A stretch of 58,597 nt of DNA from an uncultured Clostridia bacterium (lineage in GTDB: Bacteria; Bacillota; Clostridia; JAAYHZ01). How positions within the stretch are numbered: position 1 is the stretch's first letter; each line of letters begins with the position of its first letter. The notes below the pieces were generated by a model. That model was given only the letters and a program-made list of their open reading frames with translations, was not told where the DNA came from and did no database searches. Positions 1-8,082 of this stretch are shown here, piece after piece. Both the position numbers and the translations under genes were made by a program. The stretch covers positions 1 to 58,597 of the forward strand of contig CALCRE010000079.1 in assembly GCA_937894465.1 (NCBI GenBank). Reading direction: 5' to 3'.

Positions 1-1074
1 CATGATGTGGATCAAGGAACAGATAAAGGTGCTTCCATTGAGTCGTTGCTGGAAGTGTTTGCATTTGACAATAATATCACCGGAATCTATCCTGTTCAAC
101 AGAATCAAGTTTTGTGTGCATTACAGGGGGGAAGACTTATCTTGCTTTCTTCTTCGGATCTGATTTGGGAAGTCTTGCTAGGAGAGGACATCCACGCTGT
201 TGATGTGGTTTTGGAAGAAAAAATGATTCTGGTGGGGTATGGTCATGATAAGCTAATTGCCATGGACATGAAAGGCAATCGATTATGGGAAACCAAAACA
301 ATTAGAATACCCACTCTTTTCGACAGTTGGGAATATGAGTACCCCCGTGTTGTGAAGATCAGACACTACATCGAAAATGGAACAACAACCATTCTTGCCG
401 GTTGCGGAGATAATCAATTAAGATGGTATGATCGAAACGGAAAGCTGCTAAATGCAGTTTATGTATATGCTACCGTACCGGATATCATCGAATTTGCCGA
501 CATTGATCAAGACGGAGAATTGGAAATTTTAGCTGCAGGTGCCAAAACGTCTTCTAGCGGTGTGTTCCGACCATTCAAAACAAACGGTACCCCCGGAAGA
601 AACATCTTGGTGGGCATGTGGCTGAGCACAATTAATTCACACGCCATCATAACAGAAGATAAAAAGGTGTTAATGGTGTGCGGTATGAATTATGCCAAAA
701 ACCTTAAGCTGGTATCCGTTGATAAAGGAATCGGTACGACCGTCTTTGAAAAGAATTTGGGAGGTACAGTTCAAACAGTATGCTTTAATGATGATAATTC
801 CATTATCTATGCAGGCATTTCCAAAGGATCGGTTCTTGCCTTTGACAGGTCAGGAAATCACTTGTGGCAATATAGTGTGAATGACAGTATAAAAAATATT
901 TGTGTATTTGATGATCAGCTGGCGGTGATTGGGAAAGTAGGCAATGTGTTGGTTTTGGATCAAGATCAACATATTACCAAACAGTGGTTGTTACCGAGCG
1001 TGACCTGTTTTGCCAAGGCGGGTCATAACGGATTTATTGCATGTGAGAACAAATTGGTTCGATTGGATCTGTAG
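1..1074 (+). CDS. Beta-propeller (PQQ/WD40/FG-GAP-like) repeat protein, probably 5'-truncated by the window
   Basis: Frame is open from base 1. Repeated 'D..G..LW' blade ends (DMKGNRLW, DRSGNHLW) and an FG-GAP-like DIDQDGELEI motif. Confidence 0.6.
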   Translation, partial: HDVDQGTDKGASIESLLEVFAFDNNITGIYPVQQNQVLCALQGGRLILLSSSDLIWEVLLGEDIHAVDVVLEEKMILVGYGHDKLIAMDMKGNRLWETKTIRIPTLFDSWEYEYPRVVKIRHYIENGTTTILAGCGDNQLRWYDRNGKLLNAVYVYATVPDIIEFADIDQDGELEILAAGAKTSSSGVFRPFKTNGTPGRNILVGMWLSTINSHAIITEDKKVLMVCGMNYAKNLKLVSVDKGIGTTVFEKNLGGTVQTVCFNDDNSIIYAGISKGSVLAFDRSGNHLWQYSVNDSIKNICVFDDQLAVIGKVGNVLVLDQDQHITKQWLLPSVTCFAKAGHNGFIACENKLVRLDL

Positions 1075-1113
1075 GATAAGATATGATTCGAAACAAATGA
1101 CGAAGTTTAACCG

Positions 1114-1151
1114 GGCTAAAAGGCAAACAAAAGCTGCCTTTTAGCCGTTTT
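1114..1151 (+). terminator. Intrinsic terminator-like hairpin
   Basis: Perfect 12-bp stem ggctaaaaggca/tgccttttagcc followed by gtttt, 40 bp after the stop. Confidence 0.6.
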
Positions 1152-1402
1152 GCTCCGGGGCCATATCGATCAGAGTGTAAATGCTGTATTTCCCTTTGTA
1201 CTCGGAATATTGTGCTGCGCCCTAACATAAAGTTATTATTGACAAATAGGGATAAATGGTGTAATGATTTAATATATAAGGTAAAATGATAAGTTCGCAC
1301 ATGTTAAGACTTAAGTGATTATAGGCGGATAGTGTTGTGCTTTGCCATTTTTATCTCTCTACTTTTAAGGTGATTTTTTAAGACTTCTACACATCTAAAG
1401 TA

Positions 1403-3280
1403 ATGATTTATGAATCTATTAAAAAGCAAGAGGATCCTATGAAATTTATATTATTTGTCGGTGGTCAAAATAAGGTGTTATTTTTCTTGGCGTTAGCGAT
1501 TTTTTTGCTATTTGCTTTAGTTGGGCTGTTTTTAAAAAACAGAGCAAGGAAGAATCCAAGTGATCATTTTACACAGCTTGAAGACCAATTTGAACGAATT
1601 CGACGACAGGATGTTGGTCCTGAGAGTTTAACGGAAATTTTAGACCTGGTAAAACACTATGTTGAAGCTGATGGATATTATCTGTACCTACCGGATGAAA
1701 ACACGGGTCAATACAAGTTGGAGTGCGTTTTAAACAAAGAAGAGAAAATAAAAGGTCCTTTGAAAGTCGGTTACTCACGCATGCTTCCCTACGGAAGGCA
1801 AGACTATGATCCTCCTTTTGTTTTACCGGTTGAGAACTTTGTTGCACCGTCCTTGATCAAGGAAAACAGAAATTACATTATTCATGTCTCTCTTGGGGAT
1901 TCTATAGGAATCCTTCGGGTGTTGAAGCCATATAAACACCATGCGTTCCAAGAGCCGTCGTTTCAAAGTATGACTGAAAAATTAGGGGAGGTGTTAAGTG
2001 AACTCTCGCACAAACAGGATCTCCTAATATCGAAATCCGATATGGATGAGCCTAATCAAAACCCGGTTTTTACCCATGATTCAAATGAAAATTGTATGCA
2101 ATTGATTAAGCTGTCTTCCGAAAGTGATGCTGTCATATACTGTAGCATAACCAATCATTATTGTGAGCATACTTGGTTGACAGGTTTCAACCCGCAGACA
2201 GAGAGCCAACTGGTGAAAATCGAAAATCTTACTGTTATCATAGATAGTCTTGCTGATGTTGATGTCCGTTTGGTGGATTTAAAATCGAACAATTTTCATC
2301 AGATACCAAGCTGCTTGAGGATTTCTTATTCAACTTATGTATTTGTCAGGAGTGAATTCGGTATATTGGTCTTATGCTATGAAGATTCTTTAAAAAATCC
2401 TGACTTACAAGAATATCGATTAAAGTTTTTAAAACTATTAACAATGAAGCTAAGCGAAGGTACCGGTACATACAAAAGGATAACCGAAAAACAAAACTAT
2501 TTCAGACAGCTCATGGAGATCGTAAGGCTCATGGATGATATTTCTCCACAGACGGTGGGATATTCAGAGCTGATGAGCGGATACACCGCTATGCTGTGCA
2601 AGGAAATTAATGTGGATTCCAAGACGGCAGTAAAATATGGGCGAGCTGCGGCTTTAAGCAATATCGGTTTGGTTGCTTTGCCGGAGGATTTATGGAATAA
2701 AGAAGGTGTATATTCTTTGAAAGAATACCAATCCATGCAAAACCATGTGCTGTATGGTGCGCAGATTATTGAAACATTATTGTCAGACGAGATAATGGAA
2801 CAGTGCATTCGGTATCATCATGAGCAGCCGGACGGAAAAGGGTATCCGGAAGGGCTACATGGTGAGGATATTCCGGAAGGTGCTCGCATATTAAGAGTGG
2901 TTCAGTACTATATCAGCTTGTTCAAAGGAAGAATCTATAGAAAACCGCTTACCTTTGAGCGGATCATACAAGAATTAAAAAAGCAAGGCGGGTCGGGGAT
3001 CGATTCTGTGTTTGCCAAAGCGTTATTGTATTGGTTGGAAAAGAAACAATCCAATCCGTTATACAAAGGAAGGCCTTTAGGAAGTTGCTATGAAATTCGA
3101 TGCGTATCGGAAAGGATCTGTAAGGATTGTCCTGCCTATAAACGAACAGATCAATTCTGCTGGGAATTTGAAATCAACAACTGTGAAGCCCATGGCAACT
3201 CTTGCTCGACATGCAGTGTCTATACAGAGTATCAATATAGGAATGATAAAAATGTAAAAAAAGTTGTGGTGGAAAAATAG
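1403..3280 (+). CDS. Membrane-anchored GAF-like / degenerate HD-GYP protein with C-terminal Cys-rich (two-CW-like) domain
   Basis: N-terminal TM helix. HHEQPDGKGYP is intact but HD is replaced by SN (AAALSNIG). 8-Cys tail. Alternative start ATG at 1439. Confidence 0.8.
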   Translation: MIYESIKKQEDPMKFILFVGGQNKVLFFLALAIFLLFALVGLFLKNRARKNPSDHFTQLEDQFERIRRQDVGPESLTEILDLVKHYVEADGYYLYLPDENTGQYKLECVLNKEEKIKGPLKVGYSRMLPYGRQDYDPPFVLPVENFVAPSLIKENRNYIIHVSLGDSIGILRVLKPYKHHAFQEPSFQSMTEKLGEVLSELSHKQDLLISKSDMDEPNQNPVFTHDSNENCMQLIKLSSESDAVIYCSITNHYCEHTWLTGFNPQTESQLVKIENLTVIIDSLADVDVRLVDLKSNNFHQIPSCLRISYSTYVFVRSEFGILVLCYEDSLKNPDLQEYRLKFLKLLTMKLSEGTGTYKRITEKQNYFRQLMEIVRLMDDISPQTVGYSELMSGYTAMLCKEINVDSKTAVKYGRAAALSNIGLVALPEDLWNKEGVYSLKEYQSMQNHVLYGAQIIETLLSDEIMEQCIRYHHEQPDGKGYPEGLHGEDIPEGARILRVVQYYISLFKGRIYRKPLTFERIIQELKKQGGSGIDSVFAKALLYWLEKKQSNPLYKGRPLGSCYEIRCVSERICKDCPAYKRTDQFCWEFEINNCEAHGNSCSTCSVYTEYQYRNDKNVKKVVVEK

Positions 3281-4033
3281 ATGACACTGAGAAGGGATTT
3301 TTTTAAGATACAAAATATTATGGTGTATTATGGCTCCGGTTATGTAGAGGAACTAAAGGTGTTTGATGCTGTTATCATTGAACCTAAAGGTCATACCCAA
3401 GAAGAAATCCTTGCTTTAAGGGAAGCCGGTGTGATTGTTCTGGCTTACTTTAGCATTATGGAGCTGCCTGCTTATCATGAAGATTTTGAATCATTGCAAA
3501 CAGATTTTTTATGGGTAAATCAACAACCGATCATCAATAAAACATTTAACACTTATTACATGAACTTAAATAGCCCCGGGTGGAAAGCACATTTGCTTAA
3601 CCAAGCGGATTTGCTGCTACAAGAGCAAGGATATGACGGTTTGTTTTTGGACACAGTGGGAGATTTGGAAAATCCACTCCTTGAAGGTCGTGTGAAACTT
3701 GAGCAAATCCATGCCTATATCGAATTATTAAAAATGATTCGAGAAAGAAACTCTCGGTGCTTGTTTGTACAAAACAATGGAATAGAGCATGTAGCATCTT
3801 ATTCAAGGGACTATCTCGATGGGGTTTGCTGGGAAAATCCTTCTTTTGAAAAACAACATAAAGCTTGGTCGGATATGATTTTGAATAAATTAAAGACATA
3901 TCAAAAGAAATATTATATTAGGGTTCTTTTGTTAACGGATGGTAGCGTTGATATAAAGTATATGATAAAAATAGCCAAAAGAAACAAGATGGGATATTCT
4001 ATAGCAAAAAGAGATTATCTTGGCATACAGTAA
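3281..4033 (+). CDS. Endo-alpha-1,4-polygalactosaminidase-like glycoside hydrolase (GH114/PelA hydrolase-like)
   Basis: Motifs YYG, AYFSIME, GYDGLFLDTV, QNNG, DGVCWE. ATG abuts the upstream stop codon. Confidence 0.75.
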   Translation: MTLRRDFFKIQNIMVYYGSGYVEELKVFDAVIIEPKGHTQEEILALREAGVIVLAYFSIMELPAYHEDFESLQTDFLWVNQQPIINKTFNTYYMNLNSPGWKAHLLNQADLLLQEQGYDGLFLDTVGDLENPLLEGRVKLEQIHAYIELLKMIRERNSRCLFVQNNGIEHVASYSRDYLDGVCWENPSFEKQHKAWSDMILNKLKTYQKKYYIRVLLLTDGSVDIKYMIKIAKRNKMGYSIAKRDYLGIQ

Positions 4034-4063
4034 TATAGATAGAAGAAAGGAATACCAAGAATT

Positions 4064-5275
4064 ATGAAACGTTTGGAAATTGTAACATTGGATTCGTTCT
4101 CCGTAAAGAAAGACGGGGAAAATCTATCGGTAAAATATAAACGTTCAAAAAAGCTTTGGCAGCTCTTTCATTGTTTGCTAGCAAACAATTGTAAGATCGT
4201 AGGAGTAGACTATCTAACTGAATGCATTTGTTCAGAAGATGATAATTACAACCCTAAACAGGTCCTCCAAAATTTGATCTATCGTCTAAGAAAGATACTG
4301 GATGAACTGAATACGGATAATGAAGAATCTGTGATTGTATATGAGCAAGACGGTTATCGTTGCAATACTAAAAATCACTATTTTGACGCACAGGTTTTCG
4401 AAGAACTTTGTCATTGTGGTTTCAAAATGGGAGATGATGCAATAAACTGTTTCCAAAAGGCATTAGCTCTTTACAAAAACAAATTTTTAGAGGAAAACAA
4501 CAATGACCGGAATATTGAAAAGGCCAGAACCCATTACCATGATCTGTATTTAAAAGCCACTGACTCATTGATTCATCTGTATCAATTACAAGGCTATTAT
4601 GACGATATCATCGAGGTGTCTAAAGCAGCACTTTTAGTCGATTACTATGATACAAACATACATAAAGAATATTTAAAGGCAATGTTGGAAAAGGATCAGA
4701 CACGAAAGGCTTTGTCTCATTATGAAGAGGCCACTGAAAAGCTCTATACTCAAGCAGGTATTTTGCCTACTGCTGAAATGAATGCCATATACAGGAGCAT
4801 AAAAAACAGGAAAAAGGATTCCTTTGTTTTATTATCAGATATTTTAAAAGATTTATCAGCAAAGTTTGATACACAGGGAGCATGTTTATGTGATCTCGAA
4901 ACATTTGTGTTTATATACAATATGGTTAGAAAAAGAAATGAACGATATATGAAGTCATACAAAAAAGAAACAGATGGGCTTCGGAATCGATATAATATGA
5001 CCTATATTATGTTGATGACAGTTGTTCCAAACGATACTCCCGGAAATCGTTCCCAACCGATCAATGCGATCATGAACCAGGTGACCCAAGTTTTGCTTAG
5101 TTTACTTAGAAGGACCGACATTACATGTCAATGGAGCAAAAATCAATTTCTAATCTTATTATTCGATTTGGAGATGGAACATACTGATCTGGTGTTTAAT
5201 CGAATCAAAAATGAATATGAGAGAACCTGCCCGGATGCCCCGGTTGTACTGATAAAAAGCATCAATGCTATATAA
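4064..5275 (+). CDS. SARP-family (wHTH + BTAD) transcriptional activator with C-terminal degenerate GGDEF domain
   Basis: LQNLIYRLRKIL wHTH; DAQVFE...ALALYKNKFL BTAD; GILPTAEMNAIY; C-terminal RRTD-x5-SKNQF. Confidence 0.85.
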   Translation: MKRLEIVTLDSFSVKKDGENLSVKYKRSKKLWQLFHCLLANNCKIVGVDYLTECICSEDDNYNPKQVLQNLIYRLRKILDELNTDNEESVIVYEQDGYRCNTKNHYFDAQVFEELCHCGFKMGDDAINCFQKALALYKNKFLEENNNDRNIEKARTHYHDLYLKATDSLIHLYQLQGYYDDIIEVSKAALLVDYYDTNIHKEYLKAMLEKDQTRKALSHYEEATEKLYTQAGILPTAEMNAIYRSIKNRKKDSFVLLSDILKDLSAKFDTQGACLCDLETFVFIYNMVRKRNERYMKSYKKETDGLRNRYNMTYIMLMTVVPNDTPGNRSQPINAIMNQVTQVLLSLLRRTDITCQWSKNQFLILLFDLEMEHTDLVFNRIKNEYERTCPDAPVVLIKSINAI

Positions 5276-5291
5276 CGATAACTAAGTAACG

Positions 5292-5329
5292 AAAGTCCTC
5301 ACTTAAAAAGAAGGGGACTTTTATTTTTT
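5292..5329 (+). terminator. Intrinsic terminator after the SARP gene
   Basis: Stem aaagtcctc/ggggacttt followed by a T-tract. Confidence 0.7.
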
Positions 5330-5346
5330 GAAAAAATTATCAAAAA

Positions 5347-5401
5347 TGAGAGTGAAATGAGAGTTCATTGAGAGAGTAATAAGAGAGTGGGGTGTTATTC
5401 T
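5347..5401 (+). promoter_or_regulatory. SARP-type direct-repeat activator site plus extended -10 element
   Basis: TGAGAG at 5347, 5358, 5369 and TAAGAG at 5380 (exact 11-bp period), then TGnTATTCT at 5393-5401. No canonical -35. Confidence 0.65.
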
Positions 5402-5437
5402 GGTATTACCGAAGTAGGATTGGAAGGAAGTAGTAGT

Positions 5438-6364
5438 GTGGCAGGTTGGATAGTGACAGTTATAGCACTAGTTGTATTGCTGATTGCTACCGGGCAATTT
5501 CCAGGTAAGAAAGAAAGCGCCCGAATTGCAATCAAGCTGTTTATCATATTATTGTCTATTCTATGTTTAGTATTTCAACTCACCTCTGAATCCACTTACT
5601 CATTCTTTTCCACCGGTGCTACATTGGAGAATGTTTTTACTGCCGGCACATGGGAGATACCCGAAGAACCTCAACCTCCTGCCGGAACCGGTACAGCATG
5701 GGCCGGAGAAATCCCTTTCTCAACCGGAATCGCAAAGTACTTCACATATAATGTGAATCAAGGGACGGAAGAGGCGCCGATGGAAGTAAATTTATACCAA
5801 GGAGCGGATCTTATTCTGACAGGTCATGTTTTGGTGTGGAACACACAAGACTCTTTATATATCAAAATAATGACTTTGCCGACCTACAGCTTCGATCTCA
5901 CACACATGTATCCCGGGGCGGTACCTCCGGAGAAACATTCACCGGGAAACTTGGGATATCAGTATTCATCTGAATATATAACAGAATATACATATACCAT
6001 TACCTCCATCTATTCTAAGTGGGATAAAAACCTTGATAAACGTGATCAGATTTCTGTAGCATCTTTGGCAGACGGTGAAACAATTTATATAGCTGTACAT
6101 GCTCAAATGCAACAAAGTGAAAGCAAACCCATATCAGAGGAACAACCCCAAGAGACACAACCTGATCCTGGGGAATCTCAAGAAGGTCAACCTGAATCAG
6201 AGGATTCACAAGAAAGCAAACCCGAAACAGAGGAACAACCTCAAGAGACACAACCGGATGCTAACGAGCTTCAAGAAGGTCAACCTGAACCGGAAGAGCT
6301 TCAAGGTGAACAACCGGATCAAACTGAAAGTGAATCTTCTATAGAGACGGAGAGTGAGGTATGA
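5438..6364 (+). CDS. SipW-signal protein with uncharacterised beta-domain and acidic E/Q/P stalk (TapA-like accessory candidate)
   Basis: GTG at 5438 with RBS ggaaggaag. Two hydrophobic segments, then TYSFFS...ENVFTAGT SipW-type signature. Domain shared with 8083-9153. Confidence 0.7.
   Translation: MAGWIVTVIALVVLLIATGQFPGKKESARIAIKLFIILLSILCLVFQLTSESTYSFFSTGATLENVFTAGTWEIPEEPQPPAGTGTAWAGEIPFSTGIAKYFTYNVNQGTEEAPMEVNLYQGADLILTGHVLVWNTQDSLYIKIMTLPTYSFDLTHMYPGAVPPEKHSPGNLGYQYSSEYITEYTYTITSIYSKWDKNLDKRDQISVASLADGETIYIAVHAQMQQSESKPISEEQPQETQPDPGESQEGQPESEDSQESKPETEEQPQETQPDANELQEGQPEPEELQGEQPDQTESESSIETESEV
6119..6304 (+). repeat. Two imperfect 93-bp (31-aa) tandem repeats in an acidic stalk
   Basis: gaaagcaaaccc starts at 6119 and 6212; ESKP..EEQPQETQPD...QEGQPE occurs twice. 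Confidence 0.85.
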
Positions 6365-7518
6365 GCATGTTTTCTACAGATATGAAACAAGAAAAAGAGA
6401 AGGCTGCATTCAGACCGGTAATAAAGATTATAGGAAATATTGTGTTTATACTTTTGTTGCTTATCTTGACTTTTATGACCGTGTTCATGATTCAATCCAA
6501 GATTAATGGCAACAAAACTCCGTATAGAGGCTATCGGTCATACATTGTTTTAAGTGGAAGCATGAATCCGGCTTTTGACACAGGTAGCGTGGTTTTCGTC
6601 AAGAGTATTCAACCGGAAGACATTAAAACCGGTGATATTGTTACATTTAAAACAACAGCTAGCTCAAATACCACAACAACCCACCGTATTGTTGAAGTTC
6701 ATGATAAACAGGGCTTAAGCTTTACTACGAAAGGAGACGCCAACGACATCGCTGATCCGGCTAGACTGATGCCGGAACAAGTGATTGGTAAAGTACGTTT
6801 TACAATACCTTATCTTGGTTATCTCCTCCATTTTGCATCTACAAGGCTTGGAACCTATTTGCTGGTTATCTTACCGTTAACCATTATCATCCTTTTGGAA
6901 ATCATTAAGATCATAAAAAATATTAGCAAAAAGAAAAACGAAACACAAGGCGTAATTGAAACGCAACCGGTGAAAAACATCACCCAAATGGTGGAAGCTC
7001 ATAAGGAGGAGTTCGATGTGAAAAAAGAAAGTTCAATCAAAGAAGGAATGAGCAAAGTCTTATCAAAACCGGTAACCCCGGCTCCTGATGACCGGGTTGT
7101 TGATCAACCTGGTGACCATGGCAAACCACCGGCTGAGTCTGAGAATTTGATTGCTGATCAAACTGAACAAAACGAAATGGAAGAGCGAACAAAACTTACG
7201 AATTCGTTACAAAAGCTCAACCTGGAGATTGAACAAAAGCTAGCAAAAATTCGATCTCTTGACAGGGTTCTTAGCGACAAGCCGGCAAAAAGAGTGGATG
7301 TAAATTCAGCGATTTCGGACATTGTAACGAAATCTCAATTGCAGTGGACTACCAAGGTATACAACTACAGAATGCAAATCAAGCAATTAGAACAGGATTT
7401 AAAGAGCATTATAGAGGAAAAAAGAATCGAAGAGAAGAAACTGGATCACTCTGTGGCATTGCTAAAAGAAGAACTGAAAGAAAAAATGAGTGCAATCCGC
7501 CAAATTGAGGAGGAGTAG
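6361..7518 (+). CDS. sipW: Signal peptidase I, ER-type/SipW, with long C-terminal coiled-coil extension
   Basis: VLSGSMNP (Ser), GDIVTF, THRIV (His), TKGDAN..D motifs, flanked by TM helices; neighbours carry SipW-type signals. Confidence 0.9.
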   Translation: MSMFSTDMKQEKEKAAFRPVIKIIGNIVFILLLLILTFMTVFMIQSKINGNKTPYRGYRSYIVLSGSMNPAFDTGSVVFVKSIQPEDIKTGDIVTFKTTASSNTTTTHRIVEVHDKQGLSFTTKGDANDIADPARLMPEQVIGKVRFTIPYLGYLLHFASTRLGTYLLVILPLTIIILLEIIKIIKNISKKKNETQGVIETQPVKNITQMVEAHKEEFDVKKESSIKEGMSKVLSKPVTPAPDDRVVDQPGDHGKPPAESENLIADQTEQNEMEERTKLTNSLQKLNLEIEQKLAKIRSLDRVLSDKPAKRVDVNSAISDIVTKSQLQWTTKVYNYRMQIKQLEQDLKSIIEEKRIEEKKLDHSVALLKEELKEKMSAIRQIEEE

Positions 7519-7520
7519 AT

Positions 7521-8039
7521 ATGAACAATAATAACAGAATGTATACAGAACTCAGTGAAGACTCCAACCGGCTGACTCTTGATGAATTAAGAGCTAAAGT
7601 GGCGGAAGCAGAAAAGATTGTAAAACGCCTCGGTGAAGAAGAACGTAAATTGCAACAAGAAGTTAAGAGTAGGGATACCAAACCGGCTTTCCAAAATGAT
7701 AACGATTTGTTCTTAAGCTATGCGAAGGATGACGCCGAGGAGACAGCTGCCTTTATTCAAGAAAACGCAGAGCGAAAAATCAAGGATATGGTTCGTGAGG
7801 TAAAAGAACTCAAAGCTAAATATGACAAGGAATCATCTGAGTTGCAAGAACGGATTGATGTCAAGAAGCATTATATTGTCACAATGTTTGAAAGCTTGAT
7901 GGTTTATCTGGAGGATGGAAGCCCCAAGCAAAACGAGAATACCTGGATACAGAACGGCAAAAATGATCAAGCACAAATGGGCAGTGAAAAAGCAAATGCA
8001 GACAGTGAATTACAATCATTATTAAAGCAGTTTATGTAA
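7521..8039 (+). CDS. Cytoplasmic coiled-coil protein (DivIVA/GpsB-like character)
   Basis: Strong RBS gaggagg; heptad-rich E/K helices; AKDDAEETAAFIQENAE. Confidence 0.6.
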   Translation: MNNNNRMYTELSEDSNRLTLDELRAKVAEAEKIVKRLGEEERKLQQEVKSRDTKPAFQNDNDLFLSYAKDDAEETAAFIQENAERKIKDMVREVKELKAKYDKESSELQERIDVKKHYIVTMFESLMVYLEDGSPKQNENTWIQNGKNDQAQMGSEKANADSELQSLLKQFM

Positions 8040-8082
8040 GTTTCATTTACATAATCATTTTTAAAAGGAGGTGAGGTTCACC

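Noticed and set aside
1034-1300. 88-aa minus-strand ORF, and the 1114-1146 hairpin (contains ggcaaac) as a possible GEMM riboswitch for the matrix locus
   Set aside because: The ORF lacks an RBS or recognisable motif. The hairpin has no GAAA tetraloop or GACGCAAAG element and fits a terminator.
5387-5437. ORF-track start at 5387
   Set aside because: It overlaps the repeat/-10 region and has no RBS; GTG 5438 has a good RBS.
5347-6304. Short repeats as a possible CRISPR array
   Set aside because: No constant repeat with unique spacers and no cas genes; these are regulatory or coding repeats.
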